Assembly: GCA_964016885.1 (NCBI GenBank)
Contig: OZ024742.1
Span: 112,406,001-112,470,000, forward strand
Length of the DNA stretch: 64,000 nucleotides
From: Eledone cirrhosa
Lineage: Eukaryota
Direction of reading: 5' to 3'
Positions 41,308 through 55,551 of the stretch are shown here, one piece after another. The first letter of the stretch is position 1, and each line of letters begins with the position of its first letter. Under the pieces are notes generated by a model. It did not search any database. It was not told the DNA's origin and worked only from the letters and a program-made list of their open reading frames with translations. Both the position numbers and the translations under genes were made by a program.

Positions 41308-41395
41308 GGGAGAGAGAGACAGACACAGAGACAGATCGAGAAAGAAAGAGATAATGTGTGAAGAGAGAGATACAAAGAAACTATGTGACAGATAA

Positions 41396-41448
<53 letters not shown>

Positions 41449-41449
41449 A

Positions 41450-41940
41450 AATGTAAGTATGTATGTATACTTACATACATATATGTATACAGACATACAG
41501 TAGTATGTATATATATACATACATGCACACACATATATATATATATATATGCATGTATCGGTTTACCGAACATTTATTCGGTTTGTTTGTAAACAAACAG
41601 CCGAATTGTGCCGTACAGTGTTTGGGCAACCACGTTACATTTTTGTTCAACGCTGACACAGGAACGATGTACTAGTTTCAAGCTTATTAGCTATCGTCAG
41701 CATCGTATACCTTCCTGCCAGATGATTGAACGTCTGAAAGTAAATACTTTCTTTGTGCATATTAATGGCTGAGCAGCCTAATTTGCATATCGAGTTTAGT
41801 CTGCCGGGCCCACCGAAAACGATAAATCGAATAGAATGAAACGAAATTTCATTTCTCACTCTTAGTACGGCAGTTACTTAAATGTAAGTATGTATGTATA
41901 TGTACATCCATATAATTATACAGACGTATAGTAGTATGTG
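41450..41940 (-). mobile_element. 431-bp retrozyme-like monomer with ~60-bp direct terminal repeat
   Basis: atgtaagtatgtatgtata..tatacagac..agtagtatg at 41451 and 41882; partial inverse copy at 35540-35645. Confidence 0.8.
41665..41705 (-). ncRNA. Minimal type I hammerhead ribozyme
   Basis: cgatg-CTGACGA-t.agct.aata.agct.t-GAAA-ctag-TA-catcg; perfect stems; ACTAGT palindrome. Confidence 0.92.
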
Positions 41941-41942
41941 TG

Positions 41943-42009
<67 letters not shown>

Positions 42010-42119
42010 GCGCCAATTACTACTACTTACCGCTCCCCCCACCGCCAGAGGTGACTTTCGACCATGTGCCGTGTGTGTGTATCCACATGTGGGCGTATAT
42101 GGAATTGTGTGTATGAGTG

Positions 42120-42565
42120 CATGTATGCGTGTGTCTGACTGTGTAAACGTAATATGGGAATGCACCTTAACCTGTGTTTGTGCGTGTGTGCGTGCAATGG
42201 TGTGGGTTGACGAATATATACGCATATGTACTTTATGCTGAAAAAAGAATTCTAGTCCTTTACACATCTGGATTTTGACACATGTTTTTAGGTATTTTAT
42301 TTTGTACTACACTTTTTCCTCATTTGCTTTTAAAACGCACCCATCTTTTGCTGGACTGTGTGGACGTAAATAGGTGAATGCACCCGAGCCTGTTTTTATA
42401 CGTGTGCACGCGCAACGGTGTGCGTTGCCTGACAATCACACGTATGTACACTATGCTAAAATAAGAATTGTAATTCTTTACACGTCTCGATTCTGACACA
42501 TAGGTTTTTTATTTCATTTTATATGTTTCTAAATTTTTGATATTGGTTGTAACACACACGCATTC
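42120..42565. repeat. Diverged ~219-bp tandem duplication
   Basis: gaatgcacc..tatgct..aagaatt..ctttacac..tgacacat at 42158 and 42376. Confidence 0.7.
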
Positions 42566-42992
42566 TTTATATGTTTGGCATTCCCCACTACGAGAAATGG
42601 TGGCGGTATAAATGCCAGCCTATACACATAGATTCTTCAGACCATAGCAGCAGCACATTAAGGTTCATCTGATAGCTGACCGCTTAACAGCACTACCCTT
42701 ACCACCACAGTAAAGGAGGTCAACTATACTTAAAAATTCTGACAAAACAACTATAACAGGCTGACTTGCCTCACAAGATTTTCTATAGACTTTCGACTGG
42801 GGAGTCGTATGACAAATGACCAATGGGGTACGAGCGTGTCCTTTGACGCTGAAATTCTTTTGCGGTAGCACCTATGATTCCATTTCGATTGCAGGACTAA
42901 CAACACATCCAAGAGCTGGACATATCGATTTATTCACAGAGTGGAACACATTTCAACAACATGTTTATCCGTCTTTTCCTCATTAATTCGGA

Positions 42993-43045
42993 CTGCCTGA
43001 AGAGGTCACAGTCAATGATAGCTGTCACTGAAATATATATAGCAG
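42993..43045 (+). ncRNA. Type I hammerhead ribozyme
   Basis: ctgc-CTGAAGA-ggt.c.acag..ctgt.c.act-GAAA-tatata-TA-gcag with AATAAA 9 nt later. Confidence 0.85.
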
Positions 43046-43175
43046 AGATTTTATAATAAACGAAGCCATATTTGACAGGTTTTTATATCATTCCGGAGTA
43101 AACAAACCACCCTGCGTTCTTCGTAGAGTGATCCAATCTGCATACTGAGCTGTCGGTAAACAACCAACATATACT

Positions 43176-43250
<75 letters not shown>

Positions 43251-44849
43251 GACACACAGGCACACATATGTGTCTGTATGTGTGCGTATATATGTGTGTA
43301 TGTGTGTTTGTCTAGTTGTGCATAAATTCATATATATACCCACACATATATCTATATATATTATTGAGAAAATATAACGAATTTATAACACATCGACAAT
43401 AGTGATATATATTATTTTAACGCTTTAGTGTGCAATGGACGATTCCCAACATTTCGGGCGCTACTCGTTCAGCTGAAGATGAATGAGAATGAAATGAAGA
43501 AACAGAAAGAGAATGAGAAGAGTAAGAAACGGGAAAAAATTAGTGTTGGGAAAAAAACTCCTGTGCGGTCATGAAACAATTTTGGTAGTCTTATAATAGA
43601 AATAGAAATTCATTTCAATTGACTTTCACATTACAAGAGATAATGCTAATGTAGCAAACTAATGATACTATTTTAAAATATATTTTCTTTGCTTCCACTT
43701 ATCTCTATATCATTATGTTTGTCCTTTTTCATGAACACCAACTAAACCTTTCCAATATTCTCTCCGTCTCTCTAGATTTTAGTAGTATCAAACATCTTCA
43801 TGTATAATTTATTGATATTGTGAGGAAAAATATGCAAAAAGTGAAACAAAAATTATCAAAATAATTCATGACATGAAAACGATTACATAAATATTCTTCT
43901 ATGGAATCACTTTTATTTTTCTTATAATCTAATTATCTTAGCAGAATATACAGAAATATGAAAAGTCACGTGATCATGGATTTATTTGTATAAATAACGA
44001 CACTGCTTGAATTCATTGTCTATCATTGAACTGCACAAAATGAAAAAAAAAGGAATCAGTCGTTTTTTTTTGTCATATTTTACTTCAAATACTTTTTCAT
44101 ATTACACATTTTTCTAAATATACGCATCTCAGCCAGAACAAAATCAGTTATACAAAGCTTCTAAAGTAGCATTTTGTCGTGATATTTTCACTATTCTTTA
44201 AATATTTCAAATATATATATAATTAGGCAGATGAATATTTTAGACTCCACATCATTAATTTGCACATGTGAATCATATGGGTTGGATTAAAATCATACTA
44301 TATTAGATTCTCATCTCATTATGGCACACAGTGAGAACGAAACCAACGATGACGTGCGTTTAGCATAAGTATTAGTTCTTTAACATATTCAGTAAATATT
44401 ATATCAGAACCCTAGCAAGTAACATTGCAATACATAGATCAGTGTTAAATGCTAACAATTCCAGGCTGTTGTTAAACTGAGCTAACACTATTTCACGTTT
44501 GTTTAGAAGGAAATAATTTCATTTTTTATAAGACTGATGAAATATTCATAAAGGTATTCTCTGCTCATAAGACCTTGAGCAACTGACCACTGAATCCGTG
44601 CTCTGTATTTATTTCTTGAACAGTAATTAAAACTAATTAACACAATTCAAATGACTATGATGGTTATTTGTATCAAGCTATATCTCGAGTGAACTATATT
44701 TATTTCATGGCAGGTTGGATCTTCAGAACGAAGTTGCTGTAGTATTGACGCTAATAAATTACGGGATGGAATGGACAAAGAAGAGGTGAACTTTTTTATT
44801 AGTTAAGGCCATTGAAAATCTGAGCAGAAATAAAAACGTAAATAAATGG

Positions 44850-45690
44850 AAAGGGTAAACATTTGTATTAACATTTTTAGAATCTCGTTTATACATGTTA
44901 ATCTTATTAGGATTATAATTCAAATTATTATACATATATTCTATATTATTTTTATAACCTGCCTTTCGTAGCGCGTCATTATAATATCCTGATTTTTCAT
45001 CAAATATTGATTTATTAGCGTATATTCTAGTTATGCGTTTCTGTACACTATTGACTATTGCGTTTTTCACAGATTTAGGGTAATTAGAGTAATCGCTAAC
45101 GTAGCTTAAGTTTTCATTGGGCTTATGGATAGGGTAATAAACATCTGAGTTTAAGTTAAGGGTAACGTCGAGGAAATTAACTATTTTGGTACTATTTTCA
45201 ACTTCTAATTTAACGTCGTAATTTTTAATGAATTCAATTATAGTTTTCTTAACCCTATTTAGTTCTGTATTGCTATGTTTGACAACCGTAAATAAAATAT
45301 CGTACCTATATAAAGCACCGGTAATCTCCGGTAGTTTTCTATTTACCATATTTAAGATGAGAATCCCCAGAAGATCCGTGACCTTCGCTGAGTCCGATGA
45401 TCCCATGGTAATGTCAAAGTTTCTATTCCTATCTGAACGGGTCCAATATATATATTGTTGAAATTAATTAGAGTTCTTCTAGCAGTTAATATGATATCGA
45501 TTTCATCCCTAGTTAGATCAGTATGTTTGTAAGCATAAGATAAAGCCTGATTTAATAGGTTAGGTGTAATAGAAAAATAATAGCTTACTATGTCCGTTTG
45601 GATGAATTTGTGATATTTCTTATTTTCTATATTTTTAAACCAATCAATCACTTCATTAGTGTCCTTCCATAAGCTCAATTTAGACTTCAA
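44850..45690 (-). pseudogene. Penelope-like RT fragment, frameshifted
   Basis: LWKDTNEVIDWF, FIQTDIVSYY.SI, MGSSDSAKVTDLLG, LYRYD (decayed YRDD), VNFLDVTLNL. Confidence 0.92.
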
Positions 45691-45943
45691 TTTCAGAGTA
45701 GATAGGTTTTTTTTCTTTCCTCTTTCTTCAATAATTATTTGAATCTCTAACAGTTATGTAAATTACTGTTATGTATTTTTAAGCTTTCTTACACGGACCC
45801 TCTGTATTATATGTATTATATGTAAGTTTGTTCATGTATCAATCTTAAGATATATAAATATTGAGTTTTGTCATATCTTACTCACTACCACAACTGGATC
45901 TTAACCATCTACTATGTCAGGGTATGTCATGCATCATCTTATT

Positions 45944-46002
45944 TTATCTGATGAGGACGTACTGTTGAAGTTAGCTCTGTATCTCTGAAATATGTATAAT
46001 AA
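45944..46002 (+). ncRNA. Type I hammerhead ribozyme
   Basis: ttat-CTGATGA-gga.cgtac..gtatc.tct-GAAA-tatgta-TA-ataa; stem II imperfect. Confidence 0.7.
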
Positions 46003-46022
46003 TATACTTGATCACAAGAAGT

Positions 46023-46131
<109 letters not shown>

Positions 46132-46284
46132 GCATATATATACATACTATATAAAGGAGAAAATTGAGAGTGTGTAACACTCAACTTATCAGATAGGCAG
46201 TATATGGTTAGCTCAATGTCTGAAGACAGAGCCGTAATACAATTAACAACAGAGAGCGCTTAGAACATAGGTATATCTTTAATT

Positions 46285-46328
46285 GCTGACAATGTTTCGT
46301 CCACACTAAAAGTGGGTCTCCTCAGAGC
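46285..46328 (-). ncRNA. Type I hammerhead ribozyme
   Basis: gct-CTGAGGA-gacccac.tttta.gtgtggac-GAAA-cattg-TC-agc followed by ATTAAA. Confidence 0.78.
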
Positions 46329-46859
46329 TTAAAGAGTAGATACAGAGTATAGAAGCATTAACAAATCAAAACCAGAAGAATATAATGTGGGGATATCATA
46401 AGGTGGGACGAATTTAAAGTATTGTTCATGTACAAGATAAGGATTAACGAATAAAGGATAGAAAATAAAAGATAAAAAATAAAAAAAAAAATAAAAAAAA
46501 AAATAAAAAAAAAATAAAAAATAAATATATATATAAAAAAAAAAATAAAATAAAATCAAGCAAAAGATAGTGAATATGAGGAATATACTAATACTAATAA
46601 GGATACGGATCTAAAATGTTATCACTCACAGTTGGGTAGGGTTATATTATGACCGGCAATCATGGAAGCAATGATGTGATTGGTTAACACACAGCTACGT
46701 ATGCATACACTCACATAAAAGTATACGTATAAGCATGAGCACCCGCATGCACCTACATGCAAGCACCCATATATACATACAAACATATATATATATACAT
46801 ATATATATATATACATACATATATATATATAAATATACACACACATATATATATATATG

Positions 46860-46893
<34 letters not shown>

Positions 46894-46900
46894 TATATAG

Positions 46901-46956
<56 letters not shown>

Positions 46957-46982
46957 ATATATATATATATGTATATGTATGC

Positions 46983-47041
<59 letters not shown>

Positions 47042-47109
47042 TATATATATATATATATAGATATAGATAGGTAAATATACACGGGTTAGTATGATTGTGT
47101 ATAGAAGAT

Positions 47110-47508
47110 TATATTAATAAGAGGAATTCCAACTTTGTCTGATTTACTCGTTTTATTTCCAATCCTTTAAAATATATATAATATGGTATTATATTGAAAT
47201 AGTATGATAGAATATTAAATTCTAAGTGTTAATTGAACAAGTACTTTCATGCTTTCGCAATCTTCAGGTTCATGATATGTGGTGACAGTCGAGTTTGCAA
47301 TTTTCAACTGTTGAAAATTGCAAACTCGACTGTCACCACATATCATGAACCTGAAGATTGCGAAAGCATGAAAGTACTTGTTCAATTAACACTTAGAATT
47401 TAATATTCTATCATACTATTTCATTATAATATCATATTATATATATTTTAAAGGATTGTAAATAAAACGAGTAAATCAGACAAAGTTGGAATTCCTCTTA
47501 TTAATATA
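47110..47508. repeat. Near-perfect palindrome: 199-bp arms, 1-nt centre (47309), HHR in each arm
   Basis: gcaattttcaac-t-gttgaaaattgc at the centre; symmetric to both ends with few mismatches. Confidence 0.95.
47346..47384 (+). ncRNA. Minimal type I hammerhead ribozyme (mirror copy 47234-47272, minus)
   Basis: tgaac-CTGAAGA-t.tgc.gaaa.gca.t-GAAA-gtac-TT-gttca; AGTACT palindrome. Confidence 0.88.
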
Positions 47509-47555
47509 TATATATATGTATATATATGCATGTATATATATATGTATATATATGC

Positions 47556-47695
<140 letters not shown>

Positions 47696-47764
47696 GCATT
47701 TATATATATATATATATAACGTCTTGTGATCAAGTATATTATTATACATATTTATACATATATA

Positions 47765-47860
<96 letters not shown>

Positions 47861-47867
47861 TATATAA

Positions 47868-47969
<102 letters not shown>

Positions 47970-47971
47970 AA

Positions 47972-48061
<90 letters not shown>

Positions 48062-49036
48062 TCATATATATATTTATTTATATTTTTATATATATATATA
48101 TAAATATATATATTTATAACATTGAAAAATGGAGAATAACATGGTCAACAGTACGAAAAAGGGGGATTTATTTACAGTCTAACAATTTTTTGTTGAATCA
48201 AACAACGCCGTAATAAGAAGTATTCCCAACCTCTAACTGCGTTACCTATAACGATATTTTGTTATCCCTTATATATATTTATATATATATATATATGAAT
48301 AAGATTCATGACTCGGACGGCTGAGCTCCGCCCGTTTGAACAGCTAGGCTAGATGCGAACTAAGTTGCGAGTAGATTACCCACTCTACTACCACATGTAT
48401 CGCGTACTCTGGTGATTAATGGCCTAACTTATATTTATTCATCAGCGTACTATAGGCACTTCTAACAGCGTCATTGGTCTTAACTTAAATAAGTAAAAAC
48501 CAGTATATATTTATTGATGTATGTATATTACCTACATATTATAATAGTGTATGGGATATACGTGTATGGCGTATACGTGTACGATAGAAACTTTAGAATG
48601 GAGCCTCTTTCAACACTTTGTAAGACAGATATATTCAATTCTACAATTTATGAACAACTGTTGAGAGATTCGAAACTACAACTACGAATATAGAATGATA
48701 GAACGGCTTGTTCATATGAACATTGCATACCTTGAAAATACATTAGTGTAGAGAAAAGTCAATTGTAATAGAAGTACTTGCAGAAGAATGTTCAATAGTA
48801 ATGGAAGCCATTAGCATATTGGATATTGTGGATCTTTGAAACCACTTCAGTTTATTAAGCAGAAACTAAAGTATACGCTGATTCCCCAGTTGCATGACGC
48901 TGTTAGACACATGTGTATTATCTTCCGATGAAACTGTACTCATGTGAAGAGAATACTTCCTCATCCCATCAGAGCCCACAGAAAAACCTGTCTGTGCCAG
49001 TTGGATTTAAATGAAATTGACTTACAAACAATAGTT

Positions 49037-49156
<120 letters not shown>

Positions 49157-50014
49157 CTGTGTGGGTGGGTGTAAGCTTTACAAATACAACAAAGGCATCA
49201 CAGACAAGGAAAGAAAGCAAAGCAAAAATATCGGCCATTGCTAGCTGTACAACTTTCGTATCAATAATATTAATAGAATTATTACATGTTGTTTCAAATG
49301 CAATACCTGATGTTATCGTTGTTTCTCGTATTTGTTTGTTATTGAATTATAACGTAACTGCTAATTTGATAACATTAATATATCTCAATACTTTTCTAGC
49401 TATCAATCTATGATATACACATACACATAATCGCATGCATACAGCTCCACAGACACAGGCACACGCACATACACACAAGTTCAGACACATACGCATACAC
49501 ACACATACGCACACAGACTCACACACTCATACACACATACACACACACTCATACACACACACCTATACACACACATACACAAATATATATATTTGTTTAT
49601 CTTATCTCACTATCTTCCTCTCAAGCAAAGGCTCTTCCTGTTACCAGGTAACATTTCTAATAACTTTCCAAAAACTTGGTAAATATAACCAGATCGATGA
49701 TGATAAAACTACCAGCTGTTTTATATATTTTTCTCTTGTCCGCACCGCCGTCACTATATCTCTCCATTAAATCTGAATCTTTATTTCTGATCTCTGCCGT
49801 CCAAATGAATAACCATTGTATACATTTCCAATAATTATACACTTTTAGATTTCACATACACAGATACACGAAGCTCTCTTTCTTTGCCGCTCTCTGTTTC
49901 TCTATTTTTCATTATATGTATATTTATTTCTTCTTCTTCTTCTTCTTCTTCTTCTTCTTCTTCTTCTTGGTTTTATAAATTATTATTATTATTATTATTG
50001 TTGTTGTTACTATC

Positions 50015-53000
50015 ATAAGACGGCGGTAACTACGGTGGAGTAAATTAGTTGAATTTGTATGAGTTATCGAAAGTTCTATATAATATTCTTTAAATCGGTG
50101 TGTAGGAAAAGGACCCCTCTGTCAAAGGAGGTTGTTTTTTTAACTGTATCTCGCCCCCATGAGAGCTAAATTTGCATTTATTTACAATCATAACACCAAC
50201 ATTTTGTTTTAGAAAAACATGGCGGACAAAAGAAATTGTCCACAGGGAGGAACAGCAAGTTCCTTGGAGCGTGGAACAGCAATTTCCACCTAATCATAAG
50301 GCAACGTAAAAAAACAAGAGAGACAACAGCGACAGCGACGGTGGTAGTTACAACAGCAGCAGCTACTGGAACAGTAGTAGCAGAAGTGGAAATTACAACG
50401 AAAACGTCCATGCGTTAGAAAAATCAAACAACACCACCACCACCACGACCCCAATAACAACAATAACAACAGCAGTAGCCATAAAGAACCGAAAGAACAA
50501 CAACTATAACAGCAGCAAAACAGACGGGGAAAAACAATAACGACGGCAACAAAGATAAAAATAGTGATGAGTCGACACAAATCAAATCAAACACATCTTT
50601 TGATAAAGCGACAAACAATTTTGAACAAGTACACATCACTAACGAAGAGATAAAAGAAGCAGAGGTCTTGGTTAAAAAAACCGGACACAGGGTATGTCTC
50701 ACCCGCCCTGCTGAGATAATGAGAAACAAGCTTTTGTATTCGGTCAGTTATCGTTCGATCGGATCAAAATCGCGGCAAGTTGAACGGGCAAAAGAGTCAC
50801 AGATCCAAAGAGCTATGGGCACCGTCTGGGAACAGAAAACATATATAGACCGGGGATAGATATATGGCACTGTGGAGTGCTCTTCGCTACACCAGAAGAA
50901 GCCAGAGCATACTCCATTGCGCAACTCCGCAGTGACGAAATCCTAATGATCCCCACATACTGCGGCCAGAGAGTCGTCAGGATTCGAGTGGGCCAAGTTC
51001 CGGCCTCAGTGGAGAAGGCGTGGTTGACCGCGGCCGTCCTCGCTGACGTTGAGGATTCAACAACCATACTCAACGTCATTCGAATAAGACAGGAGAATTG
51101 GACAGGTTCGGGGATCGAGCTAATCATCCAAACAAACCATGAGAGCATTGAGGCCATCCCCGATTTAATGGACCTGGACGACAGCAGACACGTGACTGTC
51201 GAAGGTAGGCGCCCAAGGTGTCATGGATGCATTCTGCCCCAATGTTACCAAAACAGCCAAGCGCCCATCCATTCTCCCCACGCCGTGCCCCGCAACTGGA
51301 GCGGACAAACAAACAAAGACCACAGTGGCAGAAGAGAAATTACCATCCCAAACAACAAAATCACCATATGTTCTACCACCCACGGAGCCAATGCAAAGCA
51401 TACCACTTCCTGATATAGCTAAATCGGACAAAGAGTGCAATAAGGCCGAAGAGTGGAGGACTATTATACAAACAATAGGAATAACTCCCTACCCTCAACC
51501 CCCACAAAAGAGGAAGAAAGAAACCTAAAAAAAAAGAAAATTAAAACTAGCCCACCTCCTCCCCACCATCAACAGCCACCCCCGCACAACCAACTAAACC
51601 ATCACCACCACCACCAACAACAACACCACTACCAACACCGCCACCACCACCACCACCGCCATCCTTAGCATCTAACCCATCGTCACCTCCAACAACACCA
51701 CAGCAAACACAGAAAGCACCAACACACCAACAGCAGACACAATACACAGCCATAGACACAGACAACACAAAGGTTTTAAATTACATTCAACACCACACCA
51801 ACATCACAGAAACAAAGTACGTTCAAACCACCAAAATTGCAACCGATACCTCACACACACATGAAAATAATAAAAATTACACAAACAAATTACATAACAT
51901 TAAAAACAATGTTCCCCACATCAATTGGAGACTACCGAGGGAACATCACCAAAAGAATATTCACGAACATTCTCGTGGAGAAACCCACCAATGATTGGAG
52001 GGATGGAGCACCCACACCCTTCCTAAAGAAGAGCTACAGGTAATTTGTTGTACCTCTCCCCTCTCACTTGTTTTCCTCCTCTCCTAGCCAACATGGCTTC
52101 TTTCAGAATAGGTAGCATAAATGTACGTGGCCTGGGGTCGTCTTGGAATCAGGGCCACCTGCTGAACGATCTCAGGTCGCTAAACATAGGGTAAGTTGGT
52201 GGTACAAGACGTGACCAGCAGAGAAGGACAAGCTTCCAGGCTAGTGGCCCCCTGTGCCCCGACAGGAGCAGGAGAGCCTGAATTCTTCCGGCGTCTGGAG
52301 ACTTTTCTTGGAACGTCCCGCTCTCTAGTGTTAGTGGGCGACTGGAACGGGTTCTTAGATGCACGCTGGGTTTGTGCGAGATTAGCGGATAGAAGAGGAG
52401 GGTGCAAACCTGCTCAGACAGTTTCAACTGTCTGACAGGTACCGTCTTGATTTCCAGAATGTGCCAATGTGGACATGGACAAAGCGCGTCGGGTCATCCA
52501 GATCATATCTAGATAGGGTATTTTGTAGAGAAATAGATAGGTCTAGCATAGGCTGTCCACATTTCAAAATATTCGACTACACGGACCAAAAATTCGTAAT
52601 CTGTGAGCTTGACTTAGATAGTCTTCATAGACAGAGACCCGGCTACTGGAAGCTAAACGCGTCTTTAACTGCGCGCAAGGCCTACAGAGACCGGATTAGC
52701 GAACTAGTTAAGTGAGCGTTGACGGGGAACATCAACAACAAATGGTGGTTTCGTCTGAAAAGAGCGATTAGAATAGAGTCCATTAGGTTTCGTAAGGCTT
52801 TATCAATTGAGAAAAATAGAGCAGGGGGAGAATTAGTTAGAACATTAGACAAGAATTTAGTTAGAAAATTAGACACGACCGACGTACTTGAGGCGAGATT
52901 GGCTCTTGACCAAATCTTCAATGCAAATGACGAAGGCTGCGTGTTCAGAGCTAGGGTGCGTGCTCTCAGACATGAGGGAACGAAGCCGTTCAATGGGCCC

Positions 53001-55518
53001 GAGTGGCGGAGGCGCGTTGTGGCAACAAAGCCACGATCCGGTCTTTGGTGGACAACGACGGGCGCATGCTACACAATTCACTCAGCTGTTCGGGGGCAGC
53101 GGTGGGCCGGATCGAGGGATGCACTCTAGTGCCTACCTCGAAGGACTGCCGCGGCTCTCGGCCACTGAGGCGGAATGTTGCGAAAAGCCGATGACAGCCG
53201 CTGAAGTACGGGAGGTAATGACTGGTTGCAGAAGGGGTAAATCGCCTGGTTTGGATGGTCTGCACTATGAACTTTACTCACAGATGCCAGACCTGTTCGG
53301 AGGCCTCTTGGCGGACGTCTACTGCATCTGGCAACAGAACGGGAGAATGTTCAACTCTGTGAGCCGAGGAGCGGTGGCGCTGCTGAGAAAGGATCCGAAC
53401 AAGGGGGTTAACATATATAATTTCAGGCTAAACACAGAGTTCAAGACTTTGGCCAAGGTGCTAGCAAAGAGGTTGATTCTTGTTGTCGGTAGTCTGGTGG
53501 GAGAGCTGCAGACATCCACCATTCCAGACAGATCCATCCACAACAACCTTCACCTCATGCGATACATAGTGGAGAGGGTAGCTAGGGAACCTGGCACGGG
53601 TGGGTCCTTGACGAATTTAGATCAGTCGAAAGCTTTCGATAGGGGCGACCATCGTTATGTGGCGGCAGTCATGAGGGCGGCTGGCTTTGGGCCCGTTTTC
53701 AGAGGCTGGACCGTTGCCATGCACAGCGATATCTTCTCTGTGGTGAGAGTGGACGGTCACCTTTCGGAACCGTTCAAAATTTTGTGTTCGGTCCGCCAAG
53801 GATGTCCCCTCTCATCCCTCTTGTACGAGCCATTACTGCACAAAATAGAGAGTTTGAGGGTGTCGCGCGCGAACTAGGAGGCGGAAGATCCGTTTCAGCA
53901 TATGCAGACGATATCACGTAGTGGTATCGAACGCCAAACACATCGAGGCGATCGGCACTACACTAAGAGAATACGAAGCGGTGACAGGAGCAATGATCAA
54001 CCAGGAAAAGACGGTGGGCCTGCAGCTCAGCACCTGGAGAGGCAGGTCCATGCCGTCCAACAGCGTCGTCGGGCGCTGGACGGACGGACCGGTTAAATTG
54101 CTAGGGGTCTGGTTCGGCCCGGACCTCCGAACAGACAAACACTGGGACGAGGTGACGAGTAGGGTGGCTTCTCTCACCCAGAAATGGGCAGAGAGGAAGC
54201 TATCCCTGAAAGGTCGACCGTAGGTGGCTAACGCGTACATCGCGTCCGTCATCTAATACCGCCTGACCGTCGTACCTTCACCTAAACCTCGCCTGACTGC
54301 GCTGGAGCGTTTGCTCTTTCGCTTTTTGTGGAAGGGACGCGCTCCGATGGTCAGGCGGTCCATCTGCTGTCAACACCTGCTACGTGGAGGGCTGGGCATG
54401 CCATGGCAGATGATGCTCCGTCACGCGCTCAGGCTATGACATCTCCACCTCATCCTCGACGGTGATCAGGTGTGATCGCCGCTTGCTAGACACGTGTTTC
54501 CCCAGCTCGTTTCATTGAAGGAGCTGCAGCCCTGGGTCAATCGAAGACCGAGAGGGAGCGCTTGGAGACTGTAATGTCTTCAGGCGCTCACAGCCCTCGA
54601 CCAGTCGGGCTATGTGATCCGTGGAAACTCCAATCTCGCGTTCTATAGAGGATTAGTGGAGGGGAAGAGCGACGACGTACTTGGGGAAACGCTAGGCGTC
54701 GACGAAAATCAACTAGCCAATCTCTTCGGAAGAACTTTCGGGCCGGGGCCTATGGACACTTTCCAGAATTCCCTGATCTGGCAGTGCTACCGAGGAGCTT
54801 TGTCAGTTCGGGATAAACTCTACAGACATGGAAGTGCCGTCAGCCGGGTATGTGCGACATGCGCGCAGAGCGACGAAACCGTCCTGCACGCACTCGTCCA
54901 GTGTGCGAGCATTGCTGACTTGCGGGTTTATGTCGAACATCTGCTGTCGCGTGTAGAACGGATGCGACTATCAGCTGAGTCGATCGTGAGGATTGCCCCT
55001 CCCCGCTCTCACTTTAGCCGGGAAAGACAGGCAGTTATTATCTGTCTGGTGACCATGGCGAAATAGATAGTATGGTGGACGCGTCTGAAAGGGCTTTAAG
55101 ACGTGCACCTACCTCTTCAATTATGCCCTGATTAACCTTTTTCAAATTTCACTTGAAAAGGAAAATCAGGGTAGACAGGAAAGTGCTCTCTTCCCAGTAT
55201 TTTTTTGAAAGATGGGTGAGAGAGGCAAGAATGGCTGTAAATTGAAGGTGGAAAACTGGGAGAGGGCACTTTCCCTGGTGGTCAGGGTCACCGTGTTTTT
55301 TTAATTGGTCTTCCCCACGATGGCCCTCGGAAGTCTTGCCCGTATTGTGAAATTTTTCATCGTTTCTTTTTTGTTACATCGTCTGTTTTTTGGGGTTTTT
55401 TTACATGCAGAAATGCCCATTTGTACCGTCCTGTATTGTACTATATTGTCCTATACTGTCCTTAATGTTTTACTACGTGTAAACCCTTGTGGTTACTAAA
55501 TAAATCATTATTATTATA

Positions 55519-55551
<33 letters not shown>
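50015..55551 (+). mobile_element. Near full-length decayed Tx1-like LINE
   Basis: ORF1 remnant from ATG 50219; ORF2 from 52093; AATAAA and (ATT)n tail at 55499-55551. Confidence 0.92.
52093..55240 (+). pseudogene. LINE ORF2: APE endonuclease, RT and CCHC finger
   Basis: MASFRIGSINVRGL, LVGDWN, SYLDRV, GYWKLN, KSPGLDG, LDQSKAFDR, VRQGCPLS, AYADDI, CATCAQSDETVLHALVQC; stops and frameshifts. Confidence 0.95.

Noticed and set aside
42600-42960. Possible GIY-YIG C-terminal remnant upstream of the 42993 HHR (FDW..HIDL..W)
   Set aside because: Too few residues to call without a profile search.
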